Part shown: positions 1-17,599 of the stretch, in pieces
Numbering within the stretch: position 1 is the first letter of the stretch
How the letters are laid out: every line of letters begins with the position of its first letter
Source of the DNA: Eledone cirrhosa
Lineage: Eukaryota
DNA length: 64,000 nucleotides
Assembly: GCA_964016885.1 (NCBI GenBank)
Contig: OZ024740.1
Coordinates: 333,374,001-333,438,000 of the forward strand
Direction of reading: 5' to 3'
The notes under the pieces: generated by a model
Database searches by the model: none
Told to the model about the DNA's origin: nothing
What the model saw: only the letters and a program-made list of their open reading frames with translations
Made by a program: the position numbers and the translations under genes

Positions 1-499
1 CGATATTTCATATTTCCAATGCGATGGCGTTTATTTACACTTTCAACAATAGGTTATTGTATATAATTATTGGAATTTCAAAGCAGAATACGTTGCAATC
101 AACATTCTTATTCTGTCTTAAAATCAAAAATTGTCGTTGTGTAAAATAATAAAATATAATTCAGCGGATGCATTTCCATTTACACATATCAAATACTGGT
201 ACGTCAAAAGACTATTTAAAAATAAATCAATGAAGAACACAGCACTTTGCAAACATTACATCAGCATATCTTCTTATGTAGCAAACTTCCATATTTCAAT
301 CGCGTTTTCTAGTGACTGATCAATATATGTATAGTAAAATAGGCAGTTTCATGGCAATCATTAATAACGCATAAGAAAAGCATAAAATCGATAATACACC
401 ATGTTGTGTATAGAGACAAAACATGTAGAAATATTGTTTTCAAACACAGACATCCACGCATACATTGAAACATTCATTCACACACATACTCAATGACAC

Positions 500-508
500 G
501 TATGTATG

Positions 509-591
<83 letters not shown>

Positions 592-670
592 GTGTGTGTG
601 TGTGTGTGTGCGTGTGTCTGTGTGTGTCTGTGTGTGTGTGTGTCTGTACATATTCGTGTGTGTGTGGTTT
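500..670. repeat. Compound (TA)n/(TG)n microsatellite; representative of dozens of (TA)n, (CA)n and (GA)n tracts across the window
   Basis: Directly visible; other large tracts at 1545-1722, 9897-9995, 10329-10414, 11616-11722, 12105-12218, 13400-13950, 31420-31652, 36600-36780, 47135-47255, 49560-49685, 52450-52706, 56610-56900, 62040-62140 and 63880-63952. Confidence 0.99.
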
Positions 671-769
671 TGTGTGTAATGTACTACATACCCCAATCGC
701 AAAAGAGCATGACTTGATATATAAGCTGTAGGCGCAAGCATGCAAATATACATTCTAGATCTTATCTCA

Positions 770-1475
770 TTTGATTCAGCGTAGTCTCCAGCATATGGCA
801 GCTAGAAAAGGATGGTAAGGGAGATGGGCTGGAAGAGCCATTCCAACTCACACGAGGCTCACACCTGCCGTTGGCCAGCTCAGCGCCTATGGTTGTGAGT
901 AGCGAGGTAGCCCTAGGGCCGAGGACACCAGAAGTCTCCACTGCCAAGGGTACAACCGCAAACCTGTCGGAGAACGACCGGTATTTGGAGAGTTTGGCCT
1001 CCTCAGCCCGACTTGCAGGAAAACCTGGGCTAGTCGACGACTGCACCAGGTTGAGGCTGGAGAAAGTGTCGCTGCAAGTGGCAGCCGAGACAAGGAGTTT
1101 GCCCCGCGGAACGAGGTGATGGTCATGCAATCTGGCCTTTTGCCGTACGTTCGATCCATCCCCACCGGCTCGAGCTGAGAAGGGAGGCCTGCGGCGTCCA
1201 GACCATGCTTTGTGACCTCGTTGAGGGCAACATGGCGTGAAAGGCGGCCGGCACTCTGGCGACAGGAAAGCGGGTGGCAGCCTAGAGCGTCCACGGTGGA
1301 TCCACACGACATTGGTGTCGCTCGCAGATCCGGAGGCCAAACCTCATGGAAACGCCGATTCGCAGGCTTTTGTTATCCAGCTACGTCCCAGTGGAGAACG
1401 CGGACAAGGCATGAAGCCACGCACCACAGTGGGGTTTGGAAGCCGCAAGAAAAAAGGCAAGGCGGACGCGAGATG
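770..1475 (-). mobile_element. CRE-clade non-LTR retrotransposon, 3' fragment (zinc knuckle plus restriction-like endonuclease), frameshifted
   Basis: Minus-strand frames give [45 protein letters not shown] (CCHC plus RH), GKRPD and AEEAKLSKYRSFSDRFAVVPLAVETSGVLGP, typical of the CRE-type C-terminus; GC-rich island. Confidence 0.8.
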
Positions 1476-1539
1476 ATCAAAGTCAAAGTCGACATCAGCG
1501 GTATTTGAACTCAGAGCACAAAAACCAGGAATACATATG

Positions 1540-1665
<126 letters not shown>

Positions 1666-1723
1666 GAGAGAGAGAGAGAGAGAGAGGAGGAGAGAGAGAA
1701 TGTATATATATATATATATATAT

Positions 1724-2110
1724 AAGTTAAAACAATGAAATAAAAAATCAAGTCATTAGATATATACTTCACTGCTTTACGATCGTTTCTAGATGATGAT
1801 AATACATTGTATCTATACTCAGTTATTGATCTATGTAAGTTTACAAACTATCAGATAAAGAAAATATTTACTTACATGCATATCACCAGCTGTTTTTAAA
1901 AGCAATAACGATCGTAAAGCTGTGAAGTATATCTCTCATGACTTGATTTTTTTTTTCATTGTTTTAACTTATATCATGACTCTGTTTTCCTTTTAATGTT
2001 TTATTGTTTTCCGAGATTTATCTTAACCTACAACCTTTTCAACATATGGATTACACCGAGTGAGTTCTTCATGCAGAATAGACCCCCACAACTTACTGTG
2101 GATAGCTCTG
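1724..2110. mobile_element. Solo fold-back fragment of the PLE family-A pseudo-LTR, between (TA)n tracts
   Basis: 1724-1907 matches 12563-12748 directly; 1908-2110 matches the reverse complement of about 12425-12625; internal inverted repeat 1724-1787 vs 1908-1972. Confidence 0.8.
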
Positions 2111-2122
2111 TATATATATATG

Positions 2123-2181
<59 letters not shown>

Positions 2182-3171
2182 CCATTCATCTGAGGGTTCT
2201 AAGCCCCATTCTGAGGCTAAAATTTATTTAGTCTAAAATACGGTGAAAGCTATTTTCTAATTTCAAAGCTGCTCACTGTTTCAAAACATACTTATTTATA
2301 TATATATATATACACACACATATACATATAAATATACATATATAATTTTTTTATTTTAATTTTAATTGTAATTTTTTCTTAATAATTTTTAATTATTTAT
2401 TTTTATTTCTTTAAAAATTAATTATCTCTTATAAATTATTTTTAAAAAAAATGTTCTCAAATTTTTGATATGTTTTCAATATTTTTTATTAGATATATAA
2501 TCACTAACTGATTCTGGCTAAATATATCTTTCAACATTTATACTTATTTTGACTAAATAGTCTCATACTAATGAATAAATAAATTAAACTGGAGTTTTTC
2601 CGTATCTTCCCATTTTAAAATATATAAATATAAATATTCTTATTAACTCAGTTAATTTAATTTAATTTAACTTAATATTTATTTACATTAAAAACAAAAC
2701 AAATATCCCTCATAACTCATTAAAACAATTATCTATATCATGATATACCCATCTATTTATTTATTTATTTATTTATTTGTTTATTTATTTATTTATCGAC
2801 CTATAACAGAACATATATTATAAACGAATTTTAAACACCTAATAATCGTAAATACATGTACTATTCAGATATATACTTAGAATATATTTCCCTCAAATTA
2901 ATGTTATATGAGTTTTATTCATCCTCTCTTGTTTATTTATTATCTCTCTCTCTCTCTCTCGTACTATTTTTTATCTTTCTCCCCTTATATATTCTCTCTC
3001 TTTCTCCATAGTCGCTTAAATAAACGGTTGTTTTTCAATTATTTACATATTCATTTGCATATTCACACATAAGTTGAATAATCCCTAATATATTTCCACT
3101 TTCCAGTGAATTTCCAACCTATAAGGTATGATTTTCATGGGTACGTCTCTATTTATAAAAGAAACTTTGTA

Positions 3172-3230
3172 TTTTATCTGATGAAAGCGTACCAATGTTG
3201 TCTTGGTACTCTTGAAATATATATAATAAA
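3172..3230 (+). ncRNA. Minimal type-I hammerhead ribozyme in a pLTR-like module (about 3095-3368)
   Basis: ttat-CTGATGA-aagcgTACCAA tgttgtc TTGGTActctt-GAAA-tatatata-ataa; palindromic stem III; module homologous to 23427-23760 and 47255-47620. Confidence 0.75.
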
Positions 3231-3530
3231 ATAAATATGGTTTTATAAATATAGTTTCCATTTCTTTACTATCATTGAATATTTACTCCAGTACTGTTGA
3301 GTGCTCTAAATCAGTTATAAACATTTATATTTGTCGGACTTCCAACAAATTAAATACCCCTTCTACGTATATATATACATATATATTTATATATATATAC
3401 TATAAGGACAATTGTTTAATGTATTCATTACGTTTAATTAGTAGTGACGCGTGTTTCGCTATTGATCAGCTCAAGTGGATCTGTAGCTTGTCGGATCACA
3501 GACGATGTCTGACGAGCTTTAGATTCAAGA

Positions 3531-3820
3531 GTATAAATATCATAATAAAAGGACTGTTTGTTATGTCTTCATTACGTTTATGGAGTAGTGACGATAGTTT
3601 CACTATTGATCAGGTCAATATTACATCTGCATCGATCGATCCCAACTCTGGAATCAAAAGCTCGTCGGACATCGGCTGTGGTCCGACAAGCTTTTCATTC
3701 CAGAGTTGGGATAGATCGATGCAGATATAACATTGAGCTGATCAATACTGAAACTAGCGTCACTACTCAATAAACGTAATGAAGACATAACAAACCGTCC
3801 TTTTATTATTATATTTATAC
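3531..3820. repeat. About 290-bp imperfect palindrome, preceded by a partial direct copy (3410-3530)
   Basis: Arms 3531-3671 and 3683-3820 are reverse complements centred on agctcgtcggac-atcggctgtg-gtccgacaagct. Confidence 0.9.
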
Positions 3821-3904
3821 ACTGATTAGTTCTACACCTCTTGACAAACTGGAAATTACGCGTCGATTGCTCACTTGGGTGAACCGACTGTAACTGCACG
3901 TATA

Positions 3905-4240
3905 TATACGGTATATTGCCAAATATACTATACATACATTCATGTATACATCGCTATTTCAGAGCACCAATACTAATACCTAATTTTTGCTGGACCGGCA
4001 ATCGCTCTGTTAATCAGCTACTGATTGTTACTGGAAATCTATAAGATACCAGCTTCTATAATTTTCGGCAAAGGCGGGGGAGTGGGTGGTTTTGAAAAAC
4101 GCCAAACAACGAGAAACAGACTCAGCCTCTCTCTCTACCTTTACCGAAAATAAGTAAGTGACATAGTCACTACTTTAAAACCGATAGTGAATGGTCTTCT
4201 AAATGTTTTTAATTAAACATACGGTATATTGCTAAATATT
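3905..4240 (-). repeat. Dispersed repeat of about 260-330 bp with terminal direct duplication; second copy at 35335-35693
   Basis: Reverse-complement similarity to 35335-35693 (for example ctgattgttactggaa / ttccagtaacaatcag); tacggtatattgc repeated at both ends. Confidence 0.65.
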
Positions 4241-5099
4241 TAGCAATATATATATTAAGATACGCACCCTCTCCAACACACACATTTGTACATATGTGTG
4301 TGTGTGTACATATGTACATATGTGTCTGTACGAGTGTGTACACGTATCTGTGTGTATAAATACATTAGCACTTACATTAGCATAATATGATACATAATGG
4401 AGACGTATATGTAGGCATATATCATTTTATGTTTGATAAACATTATGTATGTCACGTAATTTATGATTTAAGCTGAAATAATTTCACAATTATCTTAATA
4501 TCCGCGTAACGTTTACTCACTTTGTACGGGGGTATGTAGAATCTAGGGCTTATATAGATTCTGCATGTGGAACATCAGCTGGAGATGATAAATTGTACTT
4601 GCACAAATCGAATTAAAATTAAAGCAGTTGTTGACATCCCATAAACGTCCTATTTTTCGCCTATACAATAAATACCCGTTGGACAATTAGTAACGGCTTT
4701 AGGCAAATGCTGCAGATATTGCAGGTTTGTAGTGTTTGGTTATAGTCAATAATTTCGGAACATTCAAGCTATTTGCTGTAAACATTTTCAGTTCGTATAT
4801 AATTGTTATCCATCCATTCTGTTGTTCTACGCAAAACGTTATTGCCCACAATCAGAATGCCACAATCACAATTGCCACAATCAGATGATGAACTTAATAA
4901 TGGGTCGCCATTCTCACTTGAAATGCAACATTGTCATTTTACTCATATGTTTCAGAGCTTAATGCCAGATACAATCTTTTCGAGGACAACACATAATGGT
5001 TTGTGATTTAGGCAAAAACCAACAATGTTTTGCACTTGAAGAAAGAAGTTTAAATCGAACAATGTGCATTAGTGTTATTTTATAGTGTTATTTTATAAT

Positions 5100-5194
5100 T
5101 GTTTCTACTTTAGGCACAAGGCCAGCAATTACCCAGTGCATTACTGGTACTTTATTTTATCGACCTCGTAAGGATGAAAGGCTAAGTCAACCTC
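5100..5194 (-). mobile_element. 5'-truncated tRNA-derived SINE with 15-bp target-site duplication (TSD)
   Basis: Matches the other SINE copies; TSD gtgttattttataat at 5085-5099 and 5195-5209. Confidence 0.9.
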
Positions 5195-7292
5195 GTGTTA
5201 TTTTATAATATTTCGTAATGGGGAAAGTCAAAATTAACGTTAGCGAGATTTGAACTTGAAACGAAACGGGACGTAACTATATGCCGCAAAGTATATTGCC
5301 AGTGAATAAATAAATATATAAAATGAAAATAAAATGAAATGATGTAAAATTGCCTCTCTGGGGAATCCTAAAAGGATGAGCACGACGGAGTAAAATTAAC
5401 CTTGCAACAAACAAATAAATGATATGACATATATTGAATATTTGTCTGACTTTATGTGAAACGTACATGTAAGTATGCATGTGAGTCTGTGTAAATCAAT
5501 AAATAGGTTTGTATATATAGATAATTTTACAAGAATATAAGTATATATGAATTGTTTTATAACATGCATATTGTTATATTTTTATCGTAAGACGTAATCA
5601 AATAAGCAATAAATTTTGCATTAATTCCATTTGCATTGCATAAGCACTGTATAATATGAATATATCCAAAATGTTTCTATCATTTACTCCTACAATGTTG
5701 TATCTGGATACAGCTATTGATTATCGATTGCGTTTATGAATTTCCCATCAACGCATCTAATATCCTGTTTATAATATATGAATATAATCAAAAACTATTT
5801 TACATGCTTTTAAACGTTGCCTAAGGTGGTAAATTAATTGAAATAAATATAGTCAAATTCTGTATTGGAGCTATTATCTTTTAACAGGAAGTTCACATTC
5901 TACCTATTATCGTAAAGTTTGAATAAAATTTCACGGGGAAACATGTAGTAAATTTAATGTTATAAGAGATTTGACGTAAGCGAATTTTGCACATACATTA
6001 ATGACGTTTGTACCTAAAACCACTATCAATTTATTATCTTGGTGTAACTATGTTTGTCCAGAGGTTATGCAATTTGAAAGACACACAAAACGGACGTGTA
6101 GAAGGTTAGGAAATGTGTTGGCAGTGGTAGTGTTTATGCGGTTTCCATAGTTTTAAGAACATAGGTGAAAATAGGTATCCCTATCTTCATATCGAAAAAG
6201 AAATCATCGGCTTATACTGTTTTATTATGCACCCACAGGTAATGGATTATCTCTAATTCCATAATGCCACATTTACTTATTTAACTCTGAATATCCAGTT
6301 TTATTCTAGTGCATATCATGCTATCTTATCTGGTTAGTTAAACATACAACATACAAACTCATATGCAAAATTACTTCATGCAGAAAGAAGCCTCTTTGGA
6401 AATATATAAACAAAAGATATCATCTCAAAGCCAACAGAAAAATAACCCTCAAATGAAATACATTCCGTTTCAAATTGCCACATTTACTTGTCACTCATTT
6501 CTCCGAAAGTATTGAAAGTTTGCATCAACAATTCATTGATGTTTCAAACAGCATAGGCGTCTGTCAAGGAATAATAATTCCTTGTCTAGATTGACGTTAG
6601 AGCAGTATATATTTCACTCAGGTATTATTTGCTATCTTCAATGTAGCACACCATCGCATTGAACACTATACTGAATGCATGATATAGAATCTAAGACAAA
6701 CTAGCAAGATGAAATAGCCTGTCAGTTCAATAAATAGCACATGGATAGTTGTAAAAGTTTGTGTCAGAATAGAAGAAACACGCTGACATGACAAGTAAGT
6801 GGACTAGAATTCATTAGTGGTTGTTCCGGTACAGTTTATAAACTGACCGAATAACGATTTTACGGCTCTGATCATAAATCTATACCTATCTATTTTCAGT
6901 ATTTTCAAACAGGAATGTATTATATATAGAAAAGACTTTTGTAATGTCTAATTACATTTTTAAAGGGTAAGGGGATATTTGCCTATAATTTATGCAGATC
7001 AAGCAGGTGCGTGATTGCTACGGGAACTTGAATTCATTAGTGGTTGTTTGTGAACAGTTTATAAGCTGATCATGGATACATATGTATCTATCCATTGACG
7101 TGATTACGTTTATAAAACAAATTTGTAACGCTGTACTTGCCATTATTACACGAATTTTAATCTACGTTTAGAATCAAATAATTGTTTAAGATATGTTTCA
7201 CAAATTGATTTCTTTCAAATGGATTTTAGATTTGCCTTAAATAATTTCGCGAGAATTAGGAGGCACTCTTTTAAGCATTTATCACGTCATAA

Positions 7293-7337
<45 letters not shown>

Positions 7338-7348
<11 letters not shown>

Positions 7349-7503
7349 CGAAGGAAATGTGGTAAGGAACCAGGTGGACCATAACGCACCAAAGTACTCA
7401 ATACTTGGGGTAGTAGAGTGGGTAATAGGAACCAGTAAGACCCCGACGGCTGAGCTCAAGCCGTTTCGACGGCTTGAGCTCAGCCGTCGGGGTCTTACTG
7501 GTT

Positions 7504-7508
<5 letters not shown>
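7338..7508. repeat. pLTR-like module ending in a perfect hairpin of about 40 bp, inside (TA)n
   Basis: ataggaaccagtaagaccccgacggctgagctcaagccgt-ttcg-acggcttgagctcagccgtcggggtcttactggttcctat; homologue at 12218-12405. Confidence 0.9.
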
Positions 7509-7538
<30 letters not shown>

Positions 7539-7781
7539 ACCATGAACAAAAGATGATCACGGAATTAATAAGTTGGTTGTGCAGTAAGAAACCAAAAAGC
7601 TTTTCTCTTATTACATTTGCACGGGCAAGGAATTATTGTTTACTAAGAGAAAACTGAGGGAATGGGTGAAAACCTCCAGAATTCTGAAGTTTCATATCTC
7701 GAGTACTCTTTGAATTTTAGGTAAAGAGAATTTAGAATGCACCTTCGTTTGACTAAATATTGTATTCCAAATGCTAAAGAT

Positions 7782-7809
<28 letters not shown>

Positions 7810-7813
<4 letters not shown>

Positions 7814-7972
7814 TACTTTGGGAGGGTCATGTTGCCAATAAGAAACACACGCACCATTGCTTTCACTTCCATTTATTATAATAAATTTATAAATTTAGTA
7901 ATTTATAAATTTCCGGTTTGTTGGTTGGTTCCACAACCAGATGGTTGTTTATATATTGTCAAAGTTCTTTCG
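7810..7972 (-). mobile_element. PLE family-D pLTR fragment
   Basis: Reverse complement of 11325-11485; ends in (TA)n. Confidence 0.8.
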
Positions 7973-8036
7973 TCCCAAGGCTCTGATACCGTCAATACTA
8001 TACACACAGAGCTGGCATATCTGAGAACTCACTAAC

Positions 8037-8088
8037 TGCCTGATGAGGTCATAGCCATTCAATGGCTATCATCGAAATATATATAGCA
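8037..8088 (+). ncRNA. Minimal type-I hammerhead ribozyme
   Basis: tgc-CTGATGA-ggtcATAGCCATT c AATGGCTATcatc-GAAA-tatatata-gca; homologue at 17681-17735 on the minus strand. Confidence 0.8.
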
Positions 8089-8240
8089 TTAAATAAAGGA
8101 TTATGAGTTCATGCAATTGACTTATGTTTCGTCACTATTATAACTCCGGAACTTATATCTTCGTTGAGTGCTCCCTATCCGCATACTGAAGTACTGGATT
8201 TTACCAACACTTACTTTCTTGCTGATATATATATATATAC

Positions 8241-8299
<59 letters not shown>

Positions 8300-9387
8300 G
8301 CGCTTCGCAGGGTCTGCGCCTGATGTGAGTGTCTCTGTGTGTGTTTAGCGTTGTTGGTGTGTGTGTGTGTTGCTTCGAATCTAAGACCGTATTGATGTAA
8401 ATTGTACGTGTACTGAATAGGTTCCACCCATATCGTAATCCTGCAATGAGTCTTAACCGTCGTACACACACACAAGCCCTATATACAAACACCTCCTTCC
8501 AACTCCAATTACTGGTATATACACACAATTTATGTATATCGATTTGAGCGAAATAATACAGCAACTATATTAATTGAAATTATACCGGAGAAGTTGCATT
8601 GACTGATCTGATATATTGATTATTCCTTCATAATTTTTCTCTTTATATAATTTTATTCTTGATGAATATTATGAATATTATAGACATCGTTCAGTTATAA
8701 AAACATGTATCCATCAAACGTTGACTTACGAAACCAAAAATGTAATGTTTGACATATATTTGACATATCTGAAAAATGTAAGTATAGGAACGGGAAACCA
8801 TTTTATTGATCAATCAATTTTACAGGAAGACAGGTGGATTGTAATTTATGATCACTTTTGTGAGTGCAACAAATAATATGTACAATACTAAATGTTTGTG
8901 AGCAACATTACGTTTTCCGTTCTTTCCCTGGTAATAACATCACTCCATTCACGTGTTAGAAACAATTTTCTGTGTTGAAGACACTTCCACAATAAAGTAT
9001 ATTTATGTTATTTACATTCTATTCGTTACAGTTTCTCGTGCAGATGTAAATTTTTGAGTAGGTTTTCAAACAAAAGGAATATTTTATATAAATTGTAATC
9101 TAAATTACATAAATGTAAAACGTAAATGTTATTCCTATATTAGATAGTCCAATATTCGGGAAAAACACAAAATCACATGTAATAGTTTCTTTATAGCATA
9201 AATATAACACTGACAAATATGATAAAAGTATGCTTGCATAAATATGTTTACATTTGCAATGAAATGTGAAGTGAAAATACATTTCAGATCTCACAATATT
9301 ATAAAACATGAAGTGTTTTAATAATTTGTCATTTCGGAAATTGCCAGGAAGGAGATATTTTGTAGGATACTAGCAGTTTCCATAATA

Positions 9388-9572
9388 ATTGTTTCTACTT
9401 TTGGCACAAGGTCAGCAATTATCCCAGTGCATTACAGGTACTTTATTGTATCAACCCTGTAAGGATGAAAGGCAAAATTAACCTCGGGAAGATTTGAAAT
9501 CAGATCAGAAAGGGGCGAAACGCTGTGCTGCAAAGCCTGTTGTCCGACCCTCTACCGATACTGCCAAACCAC
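9388..9572 (-). mobile_element. tRNA-derived SINE, diverged full-length copy
   Basis: Reverse complement of the SINE consensus (ttgtttctac...aaggatgaaaggc...ctaccgatactgcca). Confidence 0.85.
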
Positions 9573-9896
9573 CAATAATATTCAAGAATATGAGCTACGT
9601 ATTGGACTGGTGTCAAATTCAACTTTGCTTTTCATAATTTTGATGTCAATAAAATTCAAAGTATAGATACATTACTATTCTTCGATTACATCTGCTCGAC
9701 TATTCTTCGACTATATATCTTTCTGATTTCCATTTTGATTCTTTCACTTTCTCCATCTATGGAAGAAATCGGCCGCGTTCAGGCAATGGAAGAGATGGAC
9801 TCTGGAGTGTTACCCCCCCCCCCACAAACACACAGAAAAAAAATTACCGAATGTTACGACGGTGCCCCTACAACTACACCAGGAATTATCAATGGC

Positions 9897-10689
<793 letters not shown>

Positions 10690-10700
<11 letters not shown>

Positions 10701-11545
10701 ACATACCCTTTTCAAAGACCTCCCTGTATAGATAAGAAATGTATAATCTGTAAACTAAGCCCTCATATTAACTGTAAAACTAGAAATGTAGTATATAGCA
10801 TGAAATGTACTGAAGGACAATGTAGAGAAAAGAATATAGTGAACATAGGTGAAACAACTCGTAGTATAGGAGAACGGATAAATGAACACTGGCGAGAGAT
10901 TAATGATAGTAAAGAATCATCTGTACTCTACCAAAATAGAACATAAGGGTAAATTAAAGAACATAGAAATAAAAATAGAATCTACCCACAGAAAAGACGC
11001 AATGTTTAGACAAATCACAGAGGCAATAATATAAATGAACTCCAACCAAAATTAAATAGAAAGCATGAATAGAATAGCAACATCACAACTTACCATTAAG
11101 GACAAAATGAAAACACACACACACATAGAACAAACAGCCAACCAGTAACATGTAAATAAACAAATAAATAAACAAATAAAAACACACACAGACACCCGGA
11201 TGTAACACATGCGCAAACTAAGCACACAACACACACACAAACAAGATGGCGTAGGACAGAACAAAGGAGAGGCACATAAACACATAAAAGAATCCCCAGT
11301 CACTGAAGAGGTCACATAATGTGTGACGAAAGAACTTTGACAATATATGAACAATCGTCTGGTTGTGGAACCAACCAACTAAACGGAAATTTATAAATTC
11401 ATAAATTTAATTTCATAATAAATTGAAGTGAAAGCAACTGGTCCATGTGTTTCTTATTGGCAACAGGACCCTCCCGAAGTATAACAATATCGGTTTCAAC
11501 ACACGTTTTCAGATAAAGAATCTTGCTAAACAAATTCAGCAACGA
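10690..11545 (+). mobile_element. 5'-truncated PLE family D (GIY-YIG remnant plus pLTR)
   Basis: Translates to CIDKKCIICKLSPHINCKTRNVVYSMKCTEGQC...NIGETTRSIGERINEH, paralogous to ORF 47651-48604; pLTR with HHR; ends in (TA)n. Confidence 0.85.
11299..11341 (+). ncRNA. Minimal type-I hammerhead ribozyme
   Basis: gtca-CTGAAGA-gGTCACA taatg TGTGAC-GAAA-gaactt-tgac; 4-bp stem I and 6-bp stem II. Confidence 0.85.
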
Positions 11546-11613
11546 TATATATATATATATATATTTACTTATTATATATTTCTGTCAATATTATTACACG
11601 ACCCCTCCCCACG

Positions 11614-11725
<112 letters not shown>

Positions 11726-11763
11726 TTGGTAGAGTCCATAACACCAATCAAACCCCTTTTATA

Positions 11764-11808
11764 GCTCTGACGAATCCTACGGTTACGTAAGGAAGAAACA
11801 TTGTAAGC
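11764..11808 (+). ncRNA. Type-I hammerhead ribozyme in an island of about 130 bp between two (TA)n tracts
   Basis: gct-CTGACGA-aTCCTACG gtta CGTAaGGAa-GAAA-cattgta-agc; GUA cleavage triplet. Confidence 0.8.
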
Positions 11809-11985
11809 CAATAAAAATCTTTTGATGTTGTAGACGCTCTTGTGTTCTTTTTCATATATATATATATATATATATATTTTCTTTTCCAAGAGATGTCAAC
11901 ATGAATGGACCTGTTATTTTTATCTAAAGACATGTTTTCAATTCTAACCCGCCCGTCCCCTCAGTCTATCTTATTTCTCATTCTT

Positions 11986-12021
11986 TCTTCTGATGAAGGA
12001 CTAGCGTCCGAAACGTCAGAA
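11986..12021 (+). ncRNA. Minimal type-I hammerhead ribozyme in a solo pLTR (11885-12105)
   Basis: CTGATGA-aGGAC tagc GTCC-GAAA-cgtc-aga. Confidence 0.8.
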
Positions 12022-12123
12022 CCATTTTCCTGCTATTTCAAGCATTAACCTAATATATTCCTTCATAGTGCTGTACCGATTGTGTTGTTATTTCTGTTTA
12101 CCTTTTATATATATATATATATA

Positions 12124-12217
<94 letters not shown>

Positions 12218-12219
<2 letters not shown>

Positions 12220-12405
12220 CGAAGGAAATGTGGTAAGGAACCAGATGGACCGTAACGCCCCAAAGTATTCAATACTTAGGGTAATAGAGTGGGTAATAGG
12301 AACAAGTATGATCCCGACGGCAGAGCTCAATCCATTTCGACGGCTAGTCCAGAATTAGCCGTCGGAACGGCTTGAGCGCTCCGTCAGGTTCATACTCGTT
12401 CGTAT
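12218..12405. repeat. Second copy of the 7338-7508 fold-back module, with a longer centre
   Basis: Same left flank (aacgaaggaaatgtggtaaggaacc); hairpin centred on gacggcta-gtccagaat-tagccgtc. Confidence 0.85.
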
Positions 12406-12424
12406 ATATATATATATATATATA

Positions 12425-16949
<4,525 letters not shown>

Positions 16950-17599
16950 ATATATATATATATATATATATAAATTTATTAAAAATTATAAATCAATTAA
17001 AGATCCGAGGCCATATTCAGTAATTGGTTGAGTTTTATATAAAATCCATTATATATATTTTGAAGAGGACTATATTTTATGGTAGCCCGAGTTCTTCTGG
17101 CGGCAAAACCTTAAAATAAAAAATTATATTTAAAACCTTTACGTTTGGAAAAATCCAGTAACTTCTTCGAGAAAGATTTTCTCGAAGAAATTACTTTATA
17201 CAAAATATAGCTGGACGTGTGGTGTTGAATCTTCGACTGCCAGTCCCTGTATCAAGAAAAGAAAATCTTTCTCGAAGAAGTTATTGGATTTTTCCAAATT
17301 TAAAGATTAGTGGATAGAGCAATTGTAAGAACGGGTGATGCATTGTGTCCTTGAGGTAGAAATAATTTGCGACATCACTGGTGCCTAGCTCTATCGGCCC
17401 TAGGCTTTCCCTTAGACAACATCGAGCAAAAAAGAATTGGTGTTGTATCATAACATAATTAAAATAATATGCAATATGTTATTAAATATGTTAAGATGCA
17501 ACACTGATTATTTGTTCCTTTATTCTTATATTATTAACACTCTGCTCTGCAACAGTATCTAGTTCTCTCCCGGCATACATCCTACGGACGCATATCTTC

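Noticed and set aside
440-753. ORFs rich in IYIY, CVCV, THTH, SLSL or ERER (here and throughout the window)
   Set aside because: Stop-free translations of dinucleotide microsatellites, not genes
4525-4610. Tc1/mariner C-terminal peptide GYVESRAY
   Set aside because: Single short motif with no supporting upstream SPDLNP motif or TIR
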